Source: Pseudomonadota bacterium (GTDB lineage: Bacteria > Pseudomonadota > Alphaproteobacteria > Caulobacterales > Parvularculaceae). From it: a DNA stretch of 64,000 nucleotides. The DNA lies in NCBI GenBank assembly GCA_039814575.1, contig JBCCAY010000006.1, forward strand, positions 109,820 to 173,819, given 5' to 3'. The notes below the pieces were generated by a model that was not told where the DNA came from, ran no database searches, and was given only the letters and a program-made list of their open reading frames with translations. Shown in pieces: positions 47,887 to 56,666 of the stretch. Numbering within the stretch: position 1 is the first letter of the stretch; every line of letters starts with the position of its first letter. A program made the position numbers and the translations under genes.

Positions 47887-48313
47887 ATGAGCGGCGAGAC
47901 ACTGTTACTTATCGCGGCCTTATGGTCGTTGCCGAAAACCAAGCGACACTCATCAAGTGTCGCGCTTTGGCGCCAAAAACGCCTTATTCTCGGCGAAGGT
48001 AAGCGGCACGTTCTAACGAGTACTGGCTCGCTTGAGAGGAACTGAGCAAATTACAAACACATTCGCTGAGGGGAGATGGCGATGGCGTTGATCTGAAACC
48101 TGACGCCGAAAAAGATGTAAGAACCATTTGCCGAAATGGGCGGCAAAACAAGGCGATTGCTTTGGGCCAAGTCGAATGCTAGCTCCCCGGGCTTGGCCGC
48201 GACACGCTTTTTTTGGTCCCGCTCAGGCGACGCCAATTGCTCACGCGACACCAATTCAACGCCGGCAATTGAGGCGTACTCAACTCTTCGATTTTTACGA
48301 AGTCATTTCCATT

Positions 48314-49384
48314 ATGAGCCTTCAATCGCCGCCAGCTTCTGAAAAAGAACCTTCCCGTTGGCGGGCGTTCTTTGCACGCAATGACGTTAAATGGGTATTG
48401 CGATGGTGCCAGCGCCTGACGCTTGCCGGCGTCATCATCTACCTCATCTATGAACTCTCTCAGGTTGGCTGGCTAGAAGTCGCGCACAATTTGCCGACGG
48501 CGCCCCTTTTTTACGTGTTCTTTATTTTGCGGTTCCTTGCCCTGCCGCTGTCGGAAATTCCGGCCTATGAGCTCGTCTGGAAGCAGCCGCTCTGGCGCTA
48601 TGTCACAGCGTTTATCCGTAAACGGGTCTATAATTTCGCCGTCGTCGGCTATTCCGGCGAAGCGTTTTTCACCCTTTGGGCGCGTCGAAATTTGGCGCTC
48701 TCCGACAAAGCCGTCCTCACTGGCATTAAAGACAACAATATTCTCTCCGCCTTCGCGTCGAACAGCGCGACCGTCGTCCTTGTCGTCATCGTCGCATTCA
48801 ACGGGGCGTTGGGGCCCGCTTTAGAGGCGTTGCCGGGCGCGAAAGTTCTATTCGCCCTCGCCTTTCTTTCCTCGCTGGCGCTCGCCGTCACCGTCATCTT
48901 TTTCCACAAAAAACTCCTGCATGTGTCGGCGGGCATGGCCGCCCGGCTTACTGGCATTCATGGGCTTCGCATGGTGGTCGTGATGGCGCTGCATGCGGCG
49001 ATGTACGCCGCGGCTTTGCCCGGCGGAGCGTTCACCGCTTGGCTTGTGTTGATCGCCTTACAACTCGTTTTGAGCCGCATTCCCTTCTTGCCGAATTTAG
49101 ATTTGGTTTTCTTGAGCGCCGCATTAGCGCTGTCTCCGGTGGTCGGCGTCAGCGAGGCGGCGGTCGCCGGCGTGCTCGTCGCCGAAGCCGGTCTGTCGCA
49201 AATCCTGAATTTCGGGTTGTTTTTCGCCACCGCCCATGACGCCCGAGAAGGAGACGGCAAAGCAAAGGAGGCAGCTGAGGGCGCCCGCAACCCCATTGAA
49301 CCAGACCAAAACGCGCCGTCAGCTTGCTCGATGCACTCGGGTCTCAACCCATCGCGAGAGGCAAAATCCGGCGTCGACGAATAA
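48314..49384 (+). CDS. Polytopic inner-membrane protein, hypothetical (possibly UPF0104/flippase-like)
   Basis: About 8 predicted hydrophobic helices and a hydrophilic C-terminal tail. I trimmed the start to MSLQSPP. The family assignment is tentative, resting on topology and the GT neighbourhood only. Confidence 0.5.
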   Translation: MSLQSPPASEKEPSRWRAFFARNDVKWVLRWCQRLTLAGVIIYLIYELSQVGWLEVAHNLPTAPLFYVFFILRFLALPLSEIPAYELVWKQPLWRYVTAFIRKRVYNFAVVGYSGEAFFTLWARRNLALSDKAVLTGIKDNNILSAFASNSATVVLVVIVAFNGALGPALEALPGAKVLFALAFLSSLALAVTVIFFHKKLLHVSAGMAARLTGIHGLRMVVVMALHAAMYAAALPGGAFTAWLVLIALQLVLSRIPFLPNLDLVFLSAALALSPVVGVSEAAVAGVLVAEAGLSQILNFGLFFATAHDAREGDGKAKEAAEGARNPIEPDQNAPSACSMHSGLNPSREAKSGVDE

Positions 49385-49597
49385 ACGGAAGAGGCGGCGT
49401 CAGCACCGCTTTCGAAACGGCGGGGAATTCGGTAAACACGGGAGCTTGCGCGGCGGACCGACCACCGAGCGACCGAGGGGCGCTTTTGCCAGACAACAAG
49501 CGTTCAACACCGTCGCTTCGGCCCGCAGGTTGCAAGAGTAGTTTAAAGACGCTTCGCCGCCGCGAAGGGCCGATCGCTAGGGCTAAAACCGGGATTT

Positions 49598-50926
49598 ATG
49601 GGCTTAATCGACCGCTATATCTTAAGAAGCGTCGCCACGCCGCTCATTCTGTCCCTTTGCGTCGCCGGCATGTTGTTGCTCCTGGAGCAAATGCTGCGAC
49701 TTTTCGATTTCGTATTGGCCGAGCAAGGCCCGGTCGACGTGGTTTGGCGGATGCTCGCCAATCTCCTGCCCCATTATCTCAGCCTCGCTTTGCCGCTCGG
49801 CGCGTTTCTCGGCGTCATGCTTGCGTTCCGGACATTGTCTTTATCGAGCGAGTTGGACGCCCTCAGCTCGAGCGGCGCCTCGTTCAAACGACTGATGCGG
49901 CCGGTCTATGCGCTGATGCTGGCGCTCATGGCCTTGGACTTTTTGCTGGTCGGCTATGTGCAACCCTTCGCCGGCTATCAATATCGACAAATTCGCTTCG
50001 ATGTGACGTCGGGGGCCCTTGGCATCCGCATCCCGCAAGGCGAGTTCGTCAGCATCGCCGACGATGCGATGATAAGATTGGGAACGATCAACGCGGAAAC
50101 GCGGCGGGCAGAAGATATTTTCCTGGAAACGACCGACAGCGACGGCGGCAAAACCGTTATCACCGCCGCAGCTGGATCGATCTCGACGACGCCGGACCTC
50201 ACTCAACTTCTCCTGCAATTGGAACAAGGACGACAATTGTTCGTAGAGCCGAGTGGCGGCGACATTGATCGCTTAGACTTCGAGGCGTTTGACGTGGAAA
50301 TCGATCTACCGACCATCGCGGCGTTTCGCGCCAGGGGCGGCGAAGAGGACGAGGCGACGTTCACCGAAATAGTCGCGTTCTTAAACCAACAGGGCGCGCG
50401 CGCCGATCCGCTGTGGAACGAGTACCGCGCCGGCTTCCATTGGCGCCTAATTCACCCGCTGACATTTTTGGTCATGCCCATCCTAGCCGTGGCCATGGGC
50501 GTTACCGGGCGCCGCCGCGCCTCGAACCTCAAACCGATCCTCGGCATTGCGATCCTTATTGTTTATCATGAACTATTGGAAGAATGGGGCCAGGTCGTCG
50601 CCGGCGAGGGCGTGCTGTCGCCTTACATTTCCATGTGGGGCCTTATTATCGTGTTCGCCGCCGTCAGCGCAGCGCTTTACTTTCGCTCCATCGACCAAGC
50701 GCGCGCCTCAAAAGCGATGGCGCTGCGCGGACGCGGAACAATTCGGGTTTCCGCCGCTGGCGCTCTCGCAGGCACGCCGGAAATGCCCGAGGACGATCGA
50801 CCGCCATCCCCGGCCATCGACCAAGATACGCCCAGCCCTAATACGATAGGCCCTAATACGATTAGCTCAAGCACACCGGCGCCGTCGGGCGCAACGCCGG
50901 ACTTTGGACGGAAGGCGCCGTCATGA
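49598..50926 (+). CDS. lptF: LPS export ABC transporter permease LptF
   Basis: MGLIDRYILRSVATP..., YjgP/YjgQ topology, and an ATGA overlap with lptG. It has a Pro/Ser/Thr-rich C-terminal extension. Confidence 0.88.
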   Translation: MGLIDRYILRSVATPLILSLCVAGMLLLLEQMLRLFDFVLAEQGPVDVVWRMLANLLPHYLSLALPLGAFLGVMLAFRTLSLSSELDALSSSGASFKRLMRPVYALMLALMALDFLLVGYVQPFAGYQYRQIRFDVTSGALGIRIPQGEFVSIADDAMIRLGTINAETRRAEDIFLETTDSDGGKTVITAAAGSISTTPDLTQLLLQLEQGRQLFVEPSGGDIDRLDFEAFDVEIDLPTIAAFRARGGEEDEATFTEIVAFLNQQGARADPLWNEYRAGFHWRLIHPLTFLVMPILAVAMGVTGRRRASNLKPILGIAILIVYHELLEEWGQVVAGEGVLSPYISMWGLIIVFAAVSAALYFRSIDQARASKAMALRGRGTIRVSAAGALAGTPEMPEDDRPPSPAIDQDTPSPNTIGPNTISSSTPAPSGATPDFGRKAPS

Positions 50927-52014
50927 ACCGTATCGACAGCGTCTTTATGGTCTATGTGGGTCGCATGTTCGCCACCCGGTTCATCGGCCTTCTGATCTTC
51001 TTCATCATCCTCTTGCAGATGCTCGATCTCCTGAACAATTCAACGGAGATCTACGCCGCCGAAGGCGCTGATTGGCGCTCGATCGCAAAATATATCGGCC
51101 TTAGAGCACCGCAAATCGCCAGCCAGTTCGCGCCGTTCGCCGCACTTCTCGGCATCGTCTTGACCCTGACGGCGCTCAATCAACGCAGCGAAGTGACGAT
51201 TATGCGCGCCGCCGGCATGTCCGCCCAACGGGTTCTCTTCCCTATCGGCTTCATATGCTTCTTGATCGCCTCGACCCACTTCCTCTTTCATGAAACGCTT
51301 GTGGTGAAGACGTTCGGCGAATTGGCCTATTGGGAAGCCAATGACTACGCGATGGACTTGCCGCCCGAGGGCGCAACGCGGACGGATATTCGCTACGCCC
51401 ACGAATTTGATTTCATCAGCGCCGCGAGCGCTGCGCGCAAAGGCGACGAGATCCAACTAAACGATGTGGTCATCTATGAACGTGATGAAACGGGCCTAAC
51501 GACCCACGTTGTTGAAGCGAAGAGCGCGGTTTTCAGCCAAGCCGGTTGGCTTTTGAACAACGTAACGTCTGTGAAAGCGGACGATTTATCCTCACGCACG
51601 GCGGACACGGCTGAATGGTCCACAAGCCTCGACCCTGAGGTGCTGTTCGCTATCTCCCTCAATCCTGAACGCGCCACCCTGCCCGTCCTGATGCGGCGCA
51701 TCGGCCAATTACGCGCCGCCGGCGCGGATGTCGCGAACGAACTCACCTCTTTCCTCGGGCGCTTTTCAAAACCGTTGTCGACGCTCGTGATGCCGCTTTT
51801 AGGCGCCGTCGCGGGCTATGGCGTCACGCGTTCCGGCGCGCAGCTCGCCCGCGCCGCTGGCGGCGCGGCGCTTGGTTTCGGATATTTCATCGCGGAAAAC
51901 TTGATGCTCGCCCTCGGCAAACTTGGCGCGGCGCCGGCTGTGCTCGGCGCGTTTCTACCCTTCGCCCTCTTCATGATCGTCGGTTTCGCAATCTTGCTGG
52001 CGATGGAGAATTAG
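50923..52014 (+). CDS. lptG: LPS export ABC transporter permease LptG
   Basis: YjgP/YjgQ family topology: three TM helices, a periplasmic beta-jellyroll region, then three more TM helices. It is paired with lptF. Confidence 0.88.
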   Translation: MNRIDSVFMVYVGRMFATRFIGLLIFFIILLQMLDLLNNSTEIYAAEGADWRSIAKYIGLRAPQIASQFAPFAALLGIVLTLTALNQRSEVTIMRAAGMSAQRVLFPIGFICFLIASTHFLFHETLVVKTFGELAYWEANDYAMDLPPEGATRTDIRYAHEFDFISAASAARKGDEIQLNDVVIYERDETGLTTHVVEAKSAVFSQAGWLLNNVTSVKADDLSSRTADTAEWSTSLDPEVLFAISLNPERATLPVLMRRIGQLRAAGADVANELTSFLGRFSKPLSTLVMPLLGAVAGYGVTRSGAQLARAAGGAALGFGYFIAENLMLALGKLGAAPAVLGAFLPFALFMIVGFAILLAMEN

Positions 52015-52122
52015 CGACACTAACCGATGCAAAACGGTACTTGACCGAAAATAAGAACTGGATTCTCTACTTATTTAGGTGGTGGACAACACTGCCAGAG
52101 CACTCAAACGACCAATCTGTGA

Positions 52123-52233
52123 TTAAAAGTCAAACGAGTACTGTCTTGGCCATCGGCGCGTATGAGCACAAACTTGCTCAACACGCCCATGGCGTAAGCG
52201 GGTGTATGAACGGACATAAACAAGTCCCATCAT
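52123..52233 (-). CDS. Possible 36-aa basic micro-protein, hypothetical
   Basis: ATGATG is preceded by GGAG at 6 nt. The peptide is MMGLVYVRSYTRLRHGRVEQVCAHTRRWPRQYSFDF, with a duplicated V-x-[SA]-[YH]-T-R-[LR] unit (VRSYTRL, VCAHTRR). It lies in an otherwise empty A/T-richer gap. This is a weak call. Confidence 0.22.
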   Translation of the reverse strand: MMGLVYVRSYTRLRHGRVEQVCAHTRRWPRQYSFDF

Positions 52234-52467
52234 AGCAAACTCCTTTTTTGCTGCTGGAAAGAGCCAGCCCTCCGTACGCATGCTTGCGTCCGCGTCGAAA
52301 AACGAAGCACCCGTCGGAGGTTGCAAAAAGGCAGCGTTGCCACCGTTGTTAAGTCGTAAGCGAGTCGCGACGCACGTCTAGTATTGCTTTTCCAGTTGTG
52401 GAGAACTGTTGATTTGGTGCTTCCAGTTCTCAACGCGAATAAATTAGACACGGAGTCTGTTATATAG

Positions 52468-52839
52468 ATGCCTGGTCTCGTACTTCGCTTGCGGCCGTTT
52501 GAGACGGTCATGATCAATGGCGCGCTCATCGAGAACGGCGAGCGTGAGAGCCGCCTGCGCGTCGCCTCAGAGAACGCGCAAATCCTCCGCATGAAAAACG
52601 CGCTCTCCCCGGAAGAGGCGACAACGCCGGTCAAAAAAGCTTACCTCATCGCGCAAGAAGTTCTGATGGGCGCGCGTGCGCCGGCGCCCGCCGCCGCTGA
52701 CCTCGCTATCGCACTGCAAAAATTGTCGGATGAGAGTGACGCAGACGCGTTGCAAAAGGCCGCCGCCGACCTCGCCGACGAGAATTTCTACGGCGTTATG
52801 CGGGCTCTAGGCGGGCTTTTTGAGCGCGACGCGGCTTGA
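52468..52839 (+). CDS. flbT: Flagellar biosynthesis repressor FlbT
   Basis: MPGLVLRLRPFETVMINGALIENGERESRLRV...LRMKNALSPEEATTPVKKAYL follows the FlbT pattern (L-x-L-K/R-P-x-E, NGAxxxNGxR, LR-x-K, EATTP). Confidence 0.7.
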   Translation: MPGLVLRLRPFETVMINGALIENGERESRLRVASENAQILRMKNALSPEEATTPVKKAYLIAQEVLMGARAPAPAAADLAIALQKLSDESDADALQKAAADLADENFYGVMRALGGLFERDAA

Positions 52840-52927
52840 GGCGCACGAAGCCGGCGGTCAAAGCAGCGCAGCCTAAATAGCGGCGTAACGATTTCAATCG
52901 ACGCACGCTTCGCCTACATAGCGCCCC

Positions 52928-54316
52928 ATGTCCGAAACGACGAAACCCTCACAAAGCGGGCGCCCCCAGGTGATATCCAAGGTAATCTCCATGGGGTGCC
53001 GGCTGAACATCGCCGAAGGCGCGCAATTGGCGCGCGCCGCGGAGGCGGCGGGGTTTGGCCAAAAGAAAGCCGCTGCGAACACGCGCGAGACCATCGTTGT
53101 CAATAGCTGCGCCGTCACCAATGAAGCCGTGCGCCAAACCCGGCAAACGATCCGCCGCACGCGGCGCGACAATCCGGACGCGCGGCTTGTGGTGACCGGC
53201 TGCGCGGCGCAAATCGATCCGGCGATGTTCGCAGCGATGGACGATGTCGACCTCGTTCTCGGCAATCACGAAAAACTCCTGCCCGACGTTTGGCGCGACA
53301 TCGCCGCTGGAGATAGCGCAGCCCAGCGCTCAGAGGCCGGAAAAGCGGACGTCCGTGTCGACGACATTATGAGCGTGCGCGAAACGGCGGGGCATCTTGT
53401 CGACGGCTATGGCGATCGCGCGCGGGCGTTTTTGCAAATTCAAAACGGCTGCGACCATCGCTGCACGTTTTGCATTATTCCGTATGGACGCGGACCATCG
53501 CGCTCCGCGCCGATTGACGAGGTATTGACTCAAGCCCAAAAGCTCGTCGCCCACGGCCATAAAGAGCTGGTCTTAACCGGCGTCGACATCACCTCTTGGG
53601 GTGATGACCTTGAAGGAACGCCGCCCCTCGGCACGCTTGTGGAAGCGCTATTATCAGGGGTCGAGGGCCTTTATCGCTTGCGCCTGTCATCAATTGACGG
53701 CGCGGAGATCGACCCCTTGCTGTTCGATCTCATCGCCTCAGAGACGCGCATTGCCCCGCACGTGCATTTGTCGGTACAGTCAGGTGACGACCTCATCCTT
53801 AAACGGATGAAACGCCGTCACTCGCGAGATGACATCATAAAGCTCTGTACGGAGTTAAGAGCGGCGCGACCGGAGATCGCCTTCGGCGCCGACATCATCG
53901 CCGGGTTCCCGACGGAAACCGAGGAGATGTTCGCGCATAGCCTCGCGCTTATTGACGAGGCGGGGCTAACCTATCTCCATGTCTTTCCGTTTTCGCCGCG
54001 TGACGGCGCGCCGGCGGCGCGCATGCCGCAAACGCCGTCCGCGACGATAAAAGCGCGTGCAGAGACCTTACGCACTGCGGGCCGACAAGCGACGCAGCGC
54101 TTTCTTGACGCACAAATCGGAAAAACAGAGTGGGGAATCGTTGAGACCGGCGGCCGGGCGCGCCTTGGCAATTTCGCCGAAGTCGCCCTATCGGGAAATG
54201 AACGAGAGGCGGGGTCGTTATGTCAGGTGCGGATCACCGGGCGTAAAGACCAATCGCTTATCGGCGATTTGATTGAGGAAGTAATAAGCGCAAGAGAGCA
54301 GGGAGCGGAGGCTTGA
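52928..54316 (+). CDS. mtaB: tRNA (N6-threonylcarbamoyladenosine37) methylthiotransferase
   Basis: A MiaB-family architecture with MGCRLNIAEG, NSCAVT, a radical-SAM CDHRCTFCIIPYGRG, and no TRAM-type MiaB N-terminus. It is a second methylthiotransferase, distinct from miaB. Confidence 0.88.
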   Translation: MSETTKPSQSGRPQVISKVISMGCRLNIAEGAQLARAAEAAGFGQKKAAANTRETIVVNSCAVTNEAVRQTRQTIRRTRRDNPDARLVVTGCAAQIDPAMFAAMDDVDLVLGNHEKLLPDVWRDIAAGDSAAQRSEAGKADVRVDDIMSVRETAGHLVDGYGDRARAFLQIQNGCDHRCTFCIIPYGRGPSRSAPIDEVLTQAQKLVAHGHKELVLTGVDITSWGDDLEGTPPLGTLVEALLSGVEGLYRLRLSSIDGAEIDPLLFDLIASETRIAPHVHLSVQSGDDLILKRMKRRHSRDDIIKLCTELRAARPEIAFGADIIAGFPTETEEMFAHSLALIDEAGLTYLHVFPFSPRDGAPAARMPQTPSATIKARAETLRTAGRQATQRFLDAQIGKTEWGIVETGGRARLGNFAEVALSGNEREAGSLCQVRITGRKDQSLIGDLIEEVISAREQGAEA

Positions 54317-54403
54317 TCGCCCAATCTGTCGCCGCTCAATCGAAGCCTCAACACACAGGTCTGGCTCCTCTGGCGCGCTGTCGCCCCAAAAATCGGTACG
54401 ACA

Positions 54404-54456
54404 GTCAAAAGACAACCGGGTTGGGCGCTTTATACAACGCCGCGCGCCAACCCGGG
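54404..54456 (-). terminator. Hairpin plus U-rich tract downstream of the basic-repeat gene
   Basis: The arms ccgggttgggcgc ... gcgccaacccgg form an imperfect stem with one bulge. On the minus strand the stem is followed by uugucuuuug. Confidence 0.45.
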
Positions 54457-54485
54457 CAAGACAGGGATACGCGTCTTGAAAGTGT

Positions 54486-55244
54486 TTACGCGGCCCGACG
54501 ACGGGTCGTGCGACGCACAGCCGGTTTCCGCGCAACGGATTTGCGTGCGGTCACTTTGCGAACTGCAGGCTTGCGCGCAGTCGTCTTGCGAGCGCTCGTT
54601 TTGCGCACGGCGGGCTTACGGGCGGTTGTCTTACGAGACGTCGTTTTACGCGCCGTGGTTTTACGGGCAGTCGTTTTACGAACAGTGGGCTTCGCCGTCG
54701 CTTTACGCGCTACGCGCTTCGCCGCTGGCTTCTTAGCCGCTGTTCTTTTCGCCGCTGGCTTCTTGGCGACAGACTTTTTCACTGTCGTGCGCCGCGTTGC
54801 TGGCTTCGATGCGGCTTTGCGCGTCGAGGTCGTTTTTCTGACGGCCGGCTTTTTAGCGGTCGTTTTACGCGTCGTCTTTCTTACAGCCGACTTCGCAGCG
54901 CTGGATTTCGCTGCGGTGCGGCGGGTCGTCGTCGCACGAGTGGTCGCGCGCGTCGTCGACTTACGAGCCGTTGTCTTACCGGCCGTCGTCTTACGGGCCG
55001 TTGTCTTGCGGGCCGTCGTCTTACGCGCGGTTGTGGATTTACGAGCCGTCGTGGTCTTGCGCGTCGCCTTGCGGGCGGTTACGCGTCGGGTGGACGCTTT
55101 GCGCGTTGCTTTCTTGGCGGTGGTTTTCCGCGCAGTAGTTGCTCGTGTAGAAGTTTTACGGGTGGACGCTTTGCGGGCGGCCGGTTTCCGGGTCGCTGCG
55201 GATTTGCGTTTCGCAGCCGAAGTTTTCGCCGTAGCTCTCGCCAT
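54486..55244 (-). CDS. Histone H1-like basic repeat protein (whole protein is low-complexity A/K/R/T/S/P/V)
   Basis: 252 aa, starting MARATAKTSAAKRK. It is built from RKTTA / KKPAA / RKPAV pentapeptide units (15-bp DNA period). GGAG lies about 7 nt upstream of the ATG and a terminator-like hairpin lies downstream. The mirror ORF on the plus strand repeatedly needs TTA Leu codons, which look atypical for this GC-rich sequence. Confidence 0.7.
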   Translation of the reverse strand: MARATAKTSAAKRKSAATRKPAARKASTRKTSTRATTARKTTAKKATRKASTRRVTARKATRKTTTARKSTTARKTTARKTTARKTTAGKTTARKSTTRATTRATTTRRTAAKSSAAKSAVRKTTRKTTAKKPAVRKTTSTRKAASKPATRRTTVKKSVAKKPAAKRTAAKKPAAKRVARKATAKPTVRKTTARKTTARKTTSRKTTARKPAVRKTSARKTTARKPAVRKVTARKSVARKPAVRRTTRRRAA

Positions 55245-55334
55245 TCTTTGTCTCCATTGGCAGCTTGTCGAACATTCGCAGCCGCCGGTAATCAACAAAT
55301 CGCGGCCTTAGAACGATGCATCGGGTACGGCAAT

Positions 55335-56636
55335 ATGACTAAGAATTTCTTTACCAAGATGTTCGGCGGTAAAAAAGCCGACAAAAAATTGTCTGAAAAC
55401 ACAAAAAAGCCGCCTGCGGAAGCTCAGTCCCCCGAAATTGACGACGATAACGCGGTTGCAAACGTCGAAAGCGATGTCAGCGAAAACGCCGATGCAAAGC
55501 CGGCGGAGACCGTCGCCGCACAACCAGATACGAGCGAAGATACAAGTGAGGCGACTGGCGAACCGGCGCCGCCCTCGCACGTAAATGACGATGCAGCGCC
55601 CGATGCGTCAGCCGACGACACCGCGTCGGACAATGAACCGATAAAAGAAGAACCTGCCGCGTCCGAACCAGAACAACCGTCTGAACCAACACTTGAACCG
55701 GCAAAAGAAAAGAAGAAGGGCGGCTGGCTTTCGCGATTGCGCGGCGGGTTGACGCGCACATCGAATAAAATCGCTGAAGGCGTCAGCGCGATCTTCACCA
55801 AGCGCAAGCTCGACGACGACGCCCTTGAAGAACTGGAAGACCTTCTCGTTACCGCGGATCTCGGCCTCGCGGCCGCAACGAAAGTCACTGAAACACTCGC
55901 AAAAGACCGCTTTGACAAAGAGGTGAGCGACGCGGAAGTGCGCAAAGCGCTCTCCGAAATCGTGCAAGAAATCTTGCAACCGCTCGAAGCGCCCCTATCC
56001 ATCGACGCCAATAACAAACCCCATGTTATTCTCATGACAGGCGTCAACGGCGCCGGGAAAACAACAACCATCGGCAAACTCGCGGCGCAATTCAAAGCTG
56101 AAGGCAAATCAGTGATGTTGGCGGCGGGCGACACGTTCCGCGCTGCAGCGATTGAACAATTATCCGCATGGGGCGAGCGCACCGGCGCGCCTGTCGTCGC
56201 CCGCGCGCAAGGAGCCGACGCGGCCGGACTCACCTTCGACGCGCTCAAAGACGCCCAGGAAGCCGGTGTCGACGTCTTACTTGTGGACACCGCAGGGCGC
56301 TTACAGAACAAGAAAGAACTCATGGACGAACTGGCGAAGATCGTCCGAGTGATGCGCAAAATCGATCCGACCGCGCCCCATGACACCCTACTCGTGCTTG
56401 ATGCGACGGTCGGACAGAACGCCATGAGCCAGGCTGCGACGTTCAAAGAAGTCGCCGACGTCAGCGGTCTTGTGATGACGAAACTCGACGGCACCGCGCG
56501 CGGCGGGGTTCTCGTCGCGCTTGGCCAAGCCTTTGGACTGCCGATTCACTTTATCGGCGTCGGCGAAAGCGTCGACGATTTGCAACCTTTTAAGGCCGAC
56601 GCGTTCGCCCAAGCGCTCGCCGGCGTCGACGCATAA
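55335..56636 (+). CDS. ftsY: Signal recognition particle receptor FtsY
   Basis: An acidic N-terminal A-domain followed by an NG domain: GVNGAGKTTTIGKLA, DTFRAAA, DTAGR, TKLDGTA(R)GG. I trimmed the start to MTKNFF. Confidence 0.95.
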   Translation: MTKNFFTKMFGGKKADKKLSENTKKPPAEAQSPEIDDDNAVANVESDVSENADAKPAETVAAQPDTSEDTSEATGEPAPPSHVNDDAAPDASADDTASDNEPIKEEPAASEPEQPSEPTLEPAKEKKKGGWLSRLRGGLTRTSNKIAEGVSAIFTKRKLDDDALEELEDLLVTADLGLAAATKVTETLAKDRFDKEVSDAEVRKALSEIVQEILQPLEAPLSIDANNKPHVILMTGVNGAGKTTTIGKLAAQFKAEGKSVMLAAGDTFRAAAIEQLSAWGERTGAPVVARAQGADAAGLTFDALKDAQEAGVDVLLVDTAGRLQNKKELMDELAKIVRVMRKIDPTAPHDTLLVLDATVGQNAMSQAATFKEVADVSGLVMTKLDGTARGGVLVALGQAFGLPIHFIGVGESVDDLQPFKADAFAQALAGVDA

Positions 56637-56666
56637 TGCACACCGAATAGAAACGAGTTGATTTCA

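Noticed and set aside
49324-50268. 314-aa Arg-rich ORF spanning the spacer and the start of lptF.
   Set aside because: It is out of frame with lptF, whose N-terminus (MGLIDRYILR) is canonical. The composition is off-frame GC-rich noise.
54313-55311. 332-aa plus-strand ORF (…LRAVVLRAVVLR…) covering the whole basic-repeat locus and starting on the mtaB stop.
   Set aside because: It is the mirror image of the minus-strand repeat gene. The plus frame repeatedly needs TTA Leu codons and would give an implausible Val/Leu/Arg polymer. The minus frame has an RBS, a terminator-like hairpin and a known protein type (H1-like).
55424-56494. 356-aa Ser/Ala-rich ORF antisense to ftsY.
   Set aside because: FtsY is unambiguous (GTPase motifs). 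The antisense frame is low-complexity and is an artefact of high GC.
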